A stretch of DNA of 64,000 nt, from contig JADZCY010000116.1 of assembly GCA_020851325.1 (NCBI GenBank), positions 1,780 through 65,779 on the forward strand, in the 5' to 3' direction. The notes below the pieces were generated by a model. That model searched no databases, was not told the origin of the DNA, and saw only the letters and a program-made list of their open reading frames with translations. Origin of the DNA: Acidobacteriota bacterium. Its GTDB lineage: Bacteria > Acidobacteriota > Vicinamibacteria > Vicinamibacterales > UBA2999. A program made the position numbers and the translations under genes. Shown here piece after piece: positions 54,169 through 62,720 of the stretch (the first letter of the stretch is position 1; every line of letters starts with the position of its first letter).

Positions 54169-55599
54169 TCAGCCAGCGACGACGATCTTGATGCGGGCGC
54201 CGGCCTGCGGCTGGTCGCTCACCTCGAAGCCGTTCATGATCGCCAGCGTCGAAGCCGACGTGATGCCGCCACCGACGCGCTGCGCAATGGACTGCCAGGA
54301 ATCACCGGCGCGCACGGTGTAGAAGCTCAGACGATTCGGTCGCACGCGCGAGGCTTCCTGGGCGCTGATCTCGCGGAACGATCGAATGGCCGGCTCGAGT
54401 TGCGCCGACACGCCCTCGAAGTCCTTCTCCGGCGCGAAGCCCGCAATCACGTACACCTGACGGCCAATCGCCACGTGCGCGGCTCTCATCGTCACGCGGC
54501 CGACGCTCTGCACCGAGCCGCGGTAGAGGCCGACGAAGGCACTCAGTCCACTCACCTGTTCGATGGCGCCGTCGAGCATCGAATAGCCGGCACGGCGCAT
54601 CGCATCGCGGGCGACCTCCTCGATCTGCCGCCCGCGCGGCTGCTCCACCTGCGACAGCAGCATGTAATGTTCGGTGCCCGGCTCGCGCGCCATCACCTGC
54701 TCGGCGGTGTTGATCACTTCCCAGCCTTCGGGGAACTCCAGCGCAATGCGCATCGCCGGGTGGATGAAGGCGTTGCCGCGGACGATGCCCTGTTCGATGC
54801 TGTCGCCAACGACGACGCCGTCGATGGCGCGATGGAAGTCGTCGGTGTTGCGGGCGTTGGCGGTGTCGGAGGCGAACTTCGCGGCGATGGGTTCGGCGAC
54901 GCCGACGCGCGAGGCCGGCTCGGGATGCGTCGAGAGCCAGTTCGGCACGCCGCGTTCGCTGAGCGTGCTCACGCGCGCCAGCGTGTCGAGGAAGCGCGGC
55001 ACGCCACTCGGATCGAAACCGGCGCCGGCCGCATATTCCACGCCCAGTCGATCCGACTCCAGCTCATCGTCGCGGCCGTACTTGAGGAAGAGCACGCTCA
55101 GGCCAAGCGACGAGAGATCGGCAAAGGGCGCCGTCTGCGGCACGAAGATGCTGAGGATGGCAAGACCAAGCCCGCCGCCGGCCTGCCGTGAGTATTGCTG
55201 CGACGCGTGGCGCGCGGTGACGTGGCCAATCTCGTGGCCGAGCACGCCGGCGAGTTCGGCTTCGTCGCCGAGGTACGGCAGGATGCCGCGCGTGATGTAG
55301 ACGTAGCCGCCCGGTACGGCAAAGGCGTTGATGGCCGGGCTGTCGACGACCGTGAAGGTCCACGGCAGGTTGGGCCGGTGCGACTCGGCGGCCAGGCGCA
55401 TGCCGATGTCCGAGACGTAGCGCTGCACCTCCTGATCGGGATAGACGCCCATCTCGCGGCGGATCTCGGCGTCGGCTTGCTGGCCGATGGCCAGCTCCTC
55501 CGCCTCGCTCATCAGGCTGAATTCCTTCTTGCCGGTGACCGGGTTGGTTGCACACGCCACCGACAGGAGGAGGAGGGTGGTGACAAGGGTCAGGCGCAT
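54169..55599 (-). CDS. M48 family zinc metalloprotease lipoprotein with C-terminal LysM domain
   Basis: Start ATG 55599 (MRLTLVTTLLLLSVAC lipobox) lies inside track ORF 54169..55779. GVLGHEIGHVTARH (HExxH). C-terminal YTVRAGDSWQSIAQRV...ARIKI LysM-like block. Confidence 0.85.
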   Translation of the reverse strand: MRLTLVTTLLLLSVACATNPVTGKKEFSLMSEAEELAIGQQADAEIRREMGVYPDQEVQRYVSDIGMRLAAESHRPNLPWTFTVVDSPAINAFAVPGGYVYITRGILPYLGDEAELAGVLGHEIGHVTARHASQQYSRQAGGGLGLAILSIFVPQTAPFADLSSLGLSVLFLKYGRDDELESDRLGVEYAAGAGFDPSGVPRFLDTLARVSTLSERGVPNWLSTHPEPASRVGVAEPIAAKFASDTANARNTDDFHRAIDGVVVGDSIEQGIVRGNAFIHPAMRIALEFPEGWEVINTAEQVMAREPGTEHYMLLSQVEQPRGRQIEEVARDAMRRAGYSMLDGAIEQVSGLSAFVGLYRGSVQSVGRVTMRAAHVAIGRQVYVIAGFAPEKDFEGVSAQLEPAIRSFREISAQEASRVRPNRLSFYTVRAGDSWQSIAQRVGGGITSASTLAIMNGFEVSDQPQAGARIKIVVAG

Positions 55600-55725
55600 G
55601 AACGCGCGCGGTGCAACGCCTGTGCCACGCAGGCGGCCACAGAAACACGTGGAAGCGCGGTCGTCGCGCGCCGGTCCCAGAGTGCGGCGCTGCCCCTCCG
55701 CGGGGACAGACGCGGATGGAAGGGA

Positions 55726-55737
55726 TTGAAGGGCTTG
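55726..55737. repeat. 12-nt copy TTGAAGGGCTTG of the dispersed 15-mer family
   Basis: Matches 44332-44343 and the reverse complement of 36534-36545. Confidence 0.6.
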
Positions 55738-55740
55738 GGC

Positions 55741-55776
55741 CACAGATGGCACAGATGCCACAGATGGCGCAGATAT
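55741..55776. repeat. 9-bp tandem repeat x4 (CACAGATGG / CACAGATGC / CACAGATGG / CGCAGATAT)
   Basis: Read directly from the sequence. It lies in the 231-nt gap between the DHDPS-family stop (55831) and the M48 start (55599). CCAGCCCT x2 follows at 55802-55817. Confidence 0.8.
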
Positions 55777-55830
55777 CAAGGCAAAGGCTTGGGGCCAGTC
55801 CCCCAGCCCTCCAGCCCTCGATTGGCGCCG

Positions 55831-56742
55831 TCAAATCCCGGCGGGCGATTCTTCCAGCAGGCCGAGTGCCGTGAGCTGCGTCCGCAGCGCATTCACCACC
55901 GCGGGCGGGGCCGGGCCGAGTGGCGGTCGCGGGTTGCCGGTATCGAAGCCGAGCAGCGTGAGCGCCGCCTTCAACGCCGGGACTCCGTGTTGCGCGCCAA
56001 TCGTCCGCGCCAGCGGCAGCAGCGACGCCTGCAGCGATCGCGCTTCGTCGTAGCGTCCGTCGATCATCAACTGCCGCAGGCGCGCGCAGGCGTCGGGCAG
56101 CAGACCCGCCAGTGCCAGCACGCCGCCGTGCACGCCGAGCGCCAGCGCCGAGAAGAACGACGTCGCCGATCCGCACAGCACGATGAAGTCCTCGCCCGCC
56201 GACGCCGACAGGTAGTCGCCGAGCAACTGCATGTCGTTGCCGCTCTCCTTGATCCCGACGATGTTGGGATGGCGCGCGAGCAGGCCGATGGCGTCGGGCT
56301 GCAGCGTGACGCCGGTGTAGAACGTGACGTTGTAGAGCAGCACCGGCACCGGCGACGCATCGGCCACCGCCGTGTAGTGCCGCACGAACGCCTCGGTGGT
56401 CATCATGTTCTTGTAGAACGCCGGCGTCCGCACCATCACCGCGGTGACGCCGAGTTCGGCGGCGCGGCGGCACGCGGCGATCGTCGCGCGCGTCGACTCG
56501 CGGGCCGCGCCCGCCAACAGCGGCCGCGCTGACGGCACCACGTCACGCACTGCCGCGATGATGCGGTCCGACTCGTCGTCTTCGAGCTGCGGCGACTCGC
56601 CGTTCGAGCCGAGCACCACGAGCCCGGTGAGCGGCGTGTCGAGATAGCGACGCGCGTTGCGCGCGATGGCGGCGGGATCGACGTCACCGGCGGAGTCGAA
56701 CGGCGTGACGAGCGGATGATACAGACCAGCGAGCGCGTGCAT
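55831..56742 (-). CDS. dihydrodipicolinate synthase / N-acetylneuraminate lyase family class I aldolase
   Basis: Start ATG 56742 lies inside track ORF 55831..57468. VVLGSNGESPQL, LLYNVTFYTG and IVGIKESG (Schiff-base Lys) blocks. 303 aa. Confidence 0.85.
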   Translation of the reverse strand: MHALAGLYHPLVTPFDSAGDVDPAAIARNARRYLDTPLTGLVVLGSNGESPQLEDDESDRIIAAVRDVVPSARPLLAGAARESTRATIAACRRAAELGVTAVMVRTPAFYKNMMTTEAFVRHYTAVADASPVPVLLYNVTFYTGVTLQPDAIGLLARHPNIVGIKESGNDMQLLGDYLSASAGEDFIVLCGSATSFFSALALGVHGGVLALAGLLPDACARLRQLMIDGRYDEARSLQASLLPLARTIGAQHGVPALKAALTLLGFDTGNPRPPLGPAPPAVVNALRTQLTALGLLEESPAGI

Positions 56743-56753
56743 GAAGAGCCTTT

Positions 56754-57695
56754 TCAGGTGAAGGGTGTCGGCTGGCGCGCATCGCGCGACTGCAGCATCA
56801 GGTTGGTGACCAGCGTGACGAGAAAGATAGCGCCCGCCGGCGCCAGTGTCCACGGGAAGCGCGACAGCTCGTTGATATCCACCTCGTGCAGCATCGTCCC
56901 CCACGTTGGATAGCCGGAGGGGAAGCCGAGCCCGACGTACGAGAGTGCCGCTTCGGCCAGGATGAACGCCGGCAGCAGCAGGCTGGCCTGCACGGCGACA
57001 TGACCGGCCACGGCCGGTGCGAGATGGCGGAGCAGGATGTGGCGGGTGCTGCCGCCGAGTGATTGCGCCGCCGTGACGTACTCGCGCGAGCGCTCGCGTT
57101 CGACGATCGCACGCACGCCGCGCGCGACGATCGGCCAACTGAGCAGCGTGAAGATGGCGGCCAGTAGCACGAACACGAGCGACGGCGCGAGCACCAGCGG
57201 CAGCGACGCGCGCAGCACGATCGCGAGATACATCACCGGCAGCACGAGGATCGCCTCGCCGGCGCGCGAGACGATCTGATCCGTCCAGCCGCCGGCATAA
57301 GCCGATAGCGCACCCAGCGTGGTGCCGAGCAGCGTGGCGCCCAGCACCGAGACGAGCGCGAGCCCGAGTGACACACGCGCGGCCACGAGCAGGCGCGACA
57401 GCACGTCGCGACTCGAAGCGTCGGTGCCGAGCAGGAAGACCGGATCGCTCGTGCCCGCACGCCGCCACGGCAACGCCACCGTGCGCGATCGATCCTCGGC
57501 GAAACGCTCGAACAGACGATCCTCGAGGCGAATCGGATACACGGCGAACCCTTCGGTGACGCGCGGCGGCATCGGCGGCGCGTGACGGAAGTCGCGGAAC
57601 GTTGCCGCTGGATCGTAGGGCGCCACGTGTGGCGCGATCAGCGTGATCGACGCGAGGCTGGCGGCCAGCACCAGTGCCCGGCCGGTCAACGTCAT
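56754..57695 (-). CDS. ABC transporter permease, peptide/nickel (DppC/OppC) type
   Basis: ATGA overlap with the upstream permease. LLGTDASSRDVLSRLL and SLGGSTRHILLRHLAP (EAA-loop region). Confidence 0.85.
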   Translation of the reverse strand: MTLTGRALVLAASLASITLIAPHVAPYDPAATFRDFRHAPPMPPRVTEGFAVYPIRLEDRLFERFAEDRSRTVALPWRRAGTSDPVFLLGTDASSRDVLSRLLVAARVSLGLALVSVLGATLLGTTLGALSAYAGGWTDQIVSRAGEAILVLPVMYLAIVLRASLPLVLAPSLVFVLLAAIFTLLSWPIVARGVRAIVERERSREYVTAAQSLGGSTRHILLRHLAPAVAGHVAVQASLLLPAFILAEAALSYVGLGFPSGYPTWGTMLHEVDINELSRFPWTLAPAGAIFLVTLVTNLMLQSRDARQPTPFT

Positions 57696-58645
57696 CGCGC
57701 CTGCCTCACGCGCGGATCGACGATCCCGTGCGCGACGTCGGTGACGAACGTCCCGAGCGCGAGTCCGGCCGCGCCGGCGGCGGCACCGCCGGCGACGAGA
57801 TACAGATCGCGCGCCTGCAGCGCGTCCACCATCAGCCGCCCGAGGCCCGGCCACGCCGTCACCGCCTCGACGACGAAGGAGCCGCTGAGGAGCGCGCCGA
57901 TCATCAGGCCGTACATCCCGAGCAGTGGACCGAGTGCGTTGATCCACGCATGCCGCAGCCACGACTGCAATGCTGAAGCGCCACGCGCGCGCGCCGCGGC
58001 AACGAACGGCCGCGCCAGCGCATCGGTCATGGCCTGCGACTGCAGGCGTTCGAGCGTCGCTGCCAGCGGCAACGCGAGAGCCAGCGCCGGGACGGGCAGA
58101 TGGCGCGCCACGTCGAGCCACCACGCGAATCCGGATTCACCGTTCGCGGAAGTCATCCCGCCGGGCGGCGCCCAGCCGGTGCGCGTGGCGAGTACGACCA
58201 GCGCCAGCGACGCCACCAGCGGCGGCGTCGACAGCAGCACCAGCGACACGCCGCGCGCCAGCAGCGACCCGGCGCCCGACGGGCGCAGCGCGGTGTAGAT
58301 GCCGAGCGGCACACCAAGCAGCGTCGCCAGCATCAGCGCGGCGACAGCGAGGATGGCGGTGTTGACCGCCCGCTCGGCGATCAGACTGCCGACCGGGCGC
58401 GCGTAACTGAACGAGGTGCCGAAGTCGAAGCGGAGAACACCGCGGAGCCACGCCGCGTACTGCACCGGCAGTGGTCGATCGAGTCCCAGCCGCGCGCGTT
58501 CACGAGCGGCCTCGTCAGGACTCAGCTCGAGCCCGGCGCCGGTGACGAAGTCGCCCGGCGCCAGCCGCGTCAGCACGAACGCACCCGACGCGACGGCCCA
58601 GACGAGCAGCAGCGCCAGCAGCCCGCGGCGCAGGCAATAGGTGAA
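57692..58645 (-). CDS. ABC transporter permease, peptide/nickel (DppB/OppB) type
   Basis: GTG 58645 (VFTYCLRRGLLALLLVW...) lies 12 nt after the SBP stop codon. ARARGASALQSWLRHAWINAL is the EAA-loop block. Confidence 0.85.
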   Translation of the reverse strand, partial: FTYCLRRGLLALLLVWAVASGAFVLTRLAPGDFVTGAGLELSPDEAARERARLGLDRPLPVQYAAWLRGVLRFDFGTSFSYARPVGSLIAERAVNTAILAVAALMLATLLGVPLGIYTALRPSGAGSLLARGVSLVLLSTPPLVASLALVVLATRTGWAPPGGMTSANGESGFAWWLDVARHLPVPALALALPLAATLERLQSQAMTDALARPFVAAARARGASALQSWLRHAWINALGPLLGMYGLMIGALLSGSFVVEAVTAWPGLGRLMVDALQARDLYLVAGGAAAGAAGLALGTFVTDVAHGIVDPRVRQAR

Positions 58646-58659
58646 CACCGAAGAGCATT

Positions 58660-60405
58660 CTACGGCGTCACGGCCAGCGTGTCGGCCGCCCACAGCAACT
58701 GCGGGCGCAACACCGACGGCGTCGTGTTGATGGTGCGCCCGCTCACGCCCATGTAGAGCCGCGGCGCGACGAAGTAGAGCGCCGGCACCTGTTCACCGAA
58801 GATGCGCTGCACGTCGGCGAAGAGCCGACGGCGTTCCGCCGGATCGGTGGCGGCGGACTGCTGGCGCATCAGCGTATCGATCTCGGCTTCCCACGGCGTG
58901 GCCGGCTTGGCCTGCGACATGTTCCAGATGTGCGCGGCGCCGGAACTGAGCCAGAAGTCCTTCGACAGCGCCGGGTCCAGATCGGACGAGGCGTAGTTGA
59001 ACAGGATTGATTCGAAGTCGCCGCGCAGCATGCGATCGATCAGCGCGTTCGGCTCGATGGGCACGACGTCGATGGCGATGCCGACGGCGCGGGCGGCATC
59101 GCGCAGGACGCCGGCCTGCCGCTCCATGATCTGGCTGGTGCGGAAGGTCAGCAGGGTGAACCGCGCCTCGTTGCCGGCGGCGTCCTCGAGCCACTCGTCG
59201 GCGTCGCGGTTTTCGAGGCCGATGCCGGCCAGCAGCGTCCGCGCCCGTTCCACGTCGTGCGGATAGCGCGGCACATTGGGCGAGAACCACTCGCGGTTGC
59301 CGGGCGTCACCGGTCCCCAGATGGGTACCGCGGCGCCCAGGAACAGCGACTCGGCCATCGCTTCGCGATCGACGGCGTGCGACAGCGCCTGCCGCAGTTC
59401 GGTGCGGCGGATCCAGTCGCGGCGTCCGTCCTTCGCCCAGTAGCGCTCGCGCAGGTTGAAGAAGAAGACGTCGGGATCGGGCGTGACGCCGAGTTCGATC
59501 AGCGACACCTTGCCCTGATCGGCGAGCGGCTGCAGCGTCGCGATGTCCTCGGGCCGCAGCGCCTGCTGCGGCATGTCGCTGGTGCCGGCCTGGAGCCGCA
59601 GCAGTTCGGCGCTCTGATCGGGCACGATCTCGAGGATCACTTCATCCAGGTACGGCAGCGGCGTGCCGTCCTCTGCCTTCCGCCAGTAGCGCGGGTTGCG
59701 GCCCAGGACCAGCCGCTGGCCGGGTTCGTACCGCGTCACCTGGAAGGGGCCCATGCCGACGAGGTCTGCCGGGGGCGTCGCCGGCGTCCAGGCCTGGGCG
59801 AACGTGCCGGCGTCGAGCGCCGCCTCGAGCTTGTGGCGCGGCAGGATCGGCAGCAGGTCCAGCAGGCGAAGGCCCGGGCCGAAAGGCGCGGGGAATTCCA
59901 CCACCACGGTCCGCGCGTCCGGGGCCGAGAAGACGAGCGGCTGGCCGTCGACGCGCAGCGAGGCGGCAATGACGCTGCCGGCCTGTTCGTCGAACGCCGC
60001 CCGCGCCGAAAACATCACATCGTCAGCCGAGAAGGGCGCGCCATCCGACCAGGTCAGTCCCTCCCGCAGGCGCAGCGTGAATCGCCGGCCGTCGGCGGCG
60101 GTCTCCCAGGACTCGGCGAGCCAGGGTTCCAGCGCCTGCGTGGCGCGGTTGATCCGGACCAGCCGGCCGTGCGCGAGGTGGGTATAGACGTCGGTGAGTG
60201 CCGCCCCCGAGACGATGCGGTTGAATGACCGAGGCTCGGCGCGCATGGTCACGGTCAATCGCCCGCCGCGGGTGGGGGCCGCGTCGGCCACGCGGGTGGC
60301 GGCGCCTTCCGGCGGGGCTTTCAGGTCGCGCCAGAGCAGGTATGCCGTGCCGCCGATGGCGGCGATCAGCAGAAGCGTCAGGAGTGTGCGTGGTTGTCGG
60401 TTCAC
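58660..60405 (-). CDS. ABC transporter substrate-binding protein, family 5 (peptide/nickel type)
   Basis: 581 aa with signal/anchor LLTLLLIAAIGGTAYLLW. LTWSDGAPFSADDVMFS and GPFQVTRYEPGQRLVLGRNPRYW are typical family-5 blocks. Confidence 0.9.
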   Translation of the reverse strand: MNRQPRTLLTLLLIAAIGGTAYLLWRDLKAPPEGAATRVADAAPTRGGRLTVTMRAEPRSFNRIVSGAALTDVYTHLAHGRLVRINRATQALEPWLAESWETAADGRRFTLRLREGLTWSDGAPFSADDVMFSARAAFDEQAGSVIAASLRVDGQPLVFSAPDARTVVVEFPAPFGPGLRLLDLLPILPRHKLEAALDAGTFAQAWTPATPPADLVGMGPFQVTRYEPGQRLVLGRNPRYWRKAEDGTPLPYLDEVILEIVPDQSAELLRLQAGTSDMPQQALRPEDIATLQPLADQGKVSLIELGVTPDPDVFFFNLRERYWAKDGRRDWIRRTELRQALSHAVDREAMAESLFLGAAVPIWGPVTPGNREWFSPNVPRYPHDVERARTLLAGIGLENRDADEWLEDAAGNEARFTLLTFRTSQIMERQAGVLRDAARAVGIAIDVVPIEPNALIDRMLRGDFESILFNYASSDLDPALSKDFWLSSGAAHIWNMSQAKPATPWEAEIDTLMRQQSAATDPAERRRLFADVQRIFGEQVPALYFVAPRLYMGVSGRTINTTPSVLRPQLLWAADTLAVTP

Positions 60406-60457
60406 TTCTTGACCATGTGGCTAACTAATTGGCCGTTCTCGCCGTTGCACGCCATCG

Positions 60458-60477
60458 CAGTTTTCGCGTGAAAACTG
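60458..60477. promoter_or_regulatory. perfect palindrome CAGTTTTC-GCGT-GAAAACTG in a divergent promoter region (candidate operator)
   Basis: 8-bp arms with a 4-nt centre, in the 271-nt AT-richer gap between the SBP gene (minus strand) and the HTH gene (plus strand). Confidence 0.3.
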
Positions 60478-60611
60478 TGCAAATTCTGCGACGTGTGTCT
60501 GGATTGACACAGCGCGGTCAACGCGTTGGCTACCCACCTCGTCCTGACAGCGGCCGCGTGCGGCCCGATCGTAGCCCACCAACCTCCTCAGCAGCAACGA
60601 CTTAGGGGCAT

Positions 60612-60632
60612 GGATCGCAGAAATTGCGATCC
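60612..60632. promoter_or_regulatory. perfect palindrome GGATCGCA-GAAAT-TGCGATCC (candidate operator or leader hairpin)
   Basis: 8-bp arms, about 45 nt upstream of the HTH gene ATG 60677. Confidence 0.3.
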
Positions 60633-60676
60633 CTGGCATCCGCTTCGCCATAGGAAGAGCCGGAGGCTTGAAATTC

Positions 60677-60898
60677 ATGCAGACGGCATCGTCCACCAGC
60701 AACTATCTGACGACCCCCGGGTTCCAGCCGCAGTTGGGTCGCAGCGTGACCATCGAACGCGCGGCCGGGTTGCTCGGCGTGTCACGACGGACCGTCTATT
60801 ACCGGATCCGCGAGGGTCGCCTCCTCACCGTCCGCACCATCGGCGGATCGCAGCGCGTCCTGATGTCCTCCCTCTCGCCGCTGCGCGCCATCTATTAG
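60677..60898 (+). CDS. small helix-turn-helix DNA-binding protein (excisionase/MerR-like HTH_17 type)
   Basis: GGAGG lies 10 nt upstream of ATG 60677. TIERAAGLLGVSRRTVYYRIREGRLLTVRTIGGSQRV is the typical excisionase-family HTH. Confidence 0.7.
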   Translation: MQTASSTSNYLTTPGFQPQLGRSVTIERAAGLLGVSRRTVYYRIREGRLLTVRTIGGSQRVLMSSLSPLRAIY

Positions 60899-60944
60899 TC
60901 CCGTGTTTCGTTCACTGACTCGCTTCGCACAAGGACACACCATC

Positions 60945-62612
60945 ATGACTTCCCGGCCGACTGACGCGAACCACACCGCCCCCTCGGACGTGTTTCGGTC
61001 GACGTGGCAGTACACACTGTCATTCCTCGTTCTGGTTGCCTGTGTCGCGGCGGCGTCCGTGGTCGACGCGGCGCCCCGGCGCGCCCGGGTCTCGTCGGAT
61101 CTGCGGGCCCGTCTGGCGGCGGCGCAGGCCGGCACCGTGGATGTCATCGTCAGTGGCACGCCGGAGCGGATCGAGCGCCTGGCGCGGCGGCACGGTCTGG
61201 CGGTGAAGAAGGCCCTCGCCACCGGCGCGGTGCTGACCGCCTCGGCCACCTCGCTCGACAGCCTGACGGCGGATGAAGAAGTCGACGCGGTGTCGTCGGA
61301 CGGCACGGTGCTGTCGCAGATGGCGTTGACCACGCAGACCACCGGCGCCGAAGCGGCGTGGTCGGGCATCGTGCGGACGCTCGGGCGCACCAGCGGCCGC
61401 GGCGTCGGCGTGGCCATTCTCGACTCCGGCATCGCCGCCCACCCGGCCCTGGCCGGCCGCGTCGTCGTCAATCTGGACTTCACCGACGAGCGGACGCGCG
61501 GCGGCGACCGCTACGGTCACGGCACGCACATCGCCGGCATCGTCGCGGCGCGCGGCTTCCGGGCCGAGCAGGAAGGCGCCGACAGCGGCATGGCGCCGGG
61601 GGCACACCTGCTCAACCTGAAGGTGCTGAAGGGCGACGGCTCGGGCAAGGCCAGTGACGTCATCGACGCCATTGACTGGGCAATCGCCAACCGGCACCGG
61701 TATGCGATTCGCGTGTTGAACCTGTCGCTCGGCATGGCGCCGACGCAGAGCTATCGGGACGACCCGCTGTGCCAGGCCGTGGAACGCGCCGCGCGCGCCG
61801 GCATCGTCGTCGTGGCCTCGGCGGGTAATTACGGGCAGACCGAAGACGGCCGGACGGTGCTGGGCAGCGTCACGTCGCCGGGCATCTCGCCCTTCGCCAT
61901 CACGGTGGGCGCGCTGCGGACGCAGGGCACGCTCGACCCCTCGGACGACGAGGTGGCGCCGTGGAGCTCGCGCGGACCGACGATGGTGGACGGGATCGTC
62001 AAGCCGGACCTGGTGGCGCCGGGCAGCCGCATCGTCTCGACGGCGGCGGCGAATGGTGCGCTGATGCAGCAGTTCCCGGACCGCCTGATCGACGGCCCCG
62101 GCGCGCGGGATTACTTCGCGATGAGCGGGACGAGCATGTCGGCGGGTGTGGTGAGCGGCGCGGTGGCGCTGCTGCTGGAAAGCCGCCCGTCGATGTCGCC
62201 GCTGATGGTGAAGCTGGCGCTGCAGGGGTCTGCACAGTTCCTCCCCAATGAAGGGCTTATCGCGGGCGGTGCCGGTCGCCTGAGCCTGACAGGCGTCCTT
62301 CGCGGCCGGGTCGCACCTCGCAGCTACAGCCACGCGGAGTTCTGGGGACCACAGTTCGCTTCTCTCGCCCCACAAACGATCATCTGGGCAGAGAACCGCG
62401 TCATTCCGGACACCATCATCTGGGCCGACACCATCATCTGGGCCGACACGATCATCTGGGCCGACACCATCATCTGGGCGGACACGATCATCTGGGCGGA
62501 CACCATCATCTGGGCCGACACGATCATCTGGGCGGACACCATCATCTGGGCCGACACGATCATCTGGGCGGACACCATCATCTGGGCCGACACCATCATC
62601 TGGGCCGACTAG
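60945..62612 (+). CDS. S8 (subtilisin-like) serine peptidase with C-terminal (DTIIWA)x11 repeat tail
   Basis: Catalytic triad blocks VAILDSGI (Asp), HGTHIAGIVAA (His), GTSMSAGVVSGAVALL (Ser). N-terminal anchor/signal YTLSFLVLVACVAAASVV. The alternative start is GTG 60903 (track). Confidence 0.9.
   Translation: MTSRPTDANHTAPSDVFRSTWQYTLSFLVLVACVAAASVVDAAPRRARVSSDLRARLAAAQAGTVDVIVSGTPERIERLARRHGLAVKKALATGAVLTASATSLDSLTADEEVDAVSSDGTVLSQMALTTQTTGAEAAWSGIVRTLGRTSGRGVGVAILDSGIAAHPALAGRVVVNLDFTDERTRGGDRYGHGTHIAGIVAARGFRAEQEGADSGMAPGAHLLNLKVLKGDGSGKASDVIDAIDWAIANRHRYAIRVLNLSLGMAPTQSYRDDPLCQAVERAARAGIVVVASAGNYGQTEDGRTVLGSVTSPGISPFAITVGALRTQGTLDPSDDEVAPWSSRGPTMVDGIVKPDLVAPGSRIVSTAAANGALMQQFPDRLIDGPGARDYFAMSGTSMSAGVVSGAVALLLESRPSMSPLMVKLALQGSAQFLPNEGLIAGGAGRLSLTGVLRGRVAPRSYSHAEFWGPQFASLAPQTIIWAENRVIPDTIIWADTIIWADTIIWADTIIWADTIIWADTIIWADTIIWADTIIWADTIIWADTIIWADTIIWAD
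62409..62606 (+). repeat. 18-bp in-frame tandem repeat x11 encoding DTIIWA
   Basis: Units are GACAC(C/G)ATCATCTGGGC(C/G). All inter-unit differences are synonymous third-position changes (Thr ACC/ACG, Ala GCC/GCG). Confidence 0.95.
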
Positions 62613-62665
62613 GTTCAGGTTCCGGTGATTTGACCTATCCGTTGACCGTAAAAGGAGTTACTATC

Positions 62666-62695
62666 ATGAGCCGTCTGATCATCTGGGGCGAATAG
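62666..62695 (+). CDS. 9-codon mini-ORF MSRLIIWGE (speculative small peptide or leader)
   Basis: AGGAG at 62653-57 lies 8 nt upstream of ATG 62666. The peptide contains LIIWGE, which resembles the TIIWAD repeat of the upstream peptidase. A 9-bp-stem hairpin follows. Confidence 0.3.
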   Translation: MSRLIIWGE

Positions 62696-62720
62696 CTCCG
62701 ACAAAGAGCGGAATCGATCG

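Noticed and set aside
60677-60898. Excisionase-type HTH gene taken as evidence for a prophage or integrative element.
   Set aside because: No integrase, recombinase, tRNA, att-like direct repeats or phage genes are visible in the window. Small HTH_17 proteins also serve as ordinary regulators.
62324-62599. Minus-strand ORF encoding MMVSAQ/MIVSAQ repeats.
   Set aside because: It is the reverse-complement reading of the DTIIWA repeat. The plus-strand frame is continuous with a complete S8 catalytic domain, so the minus-strand ORF is an artefact.
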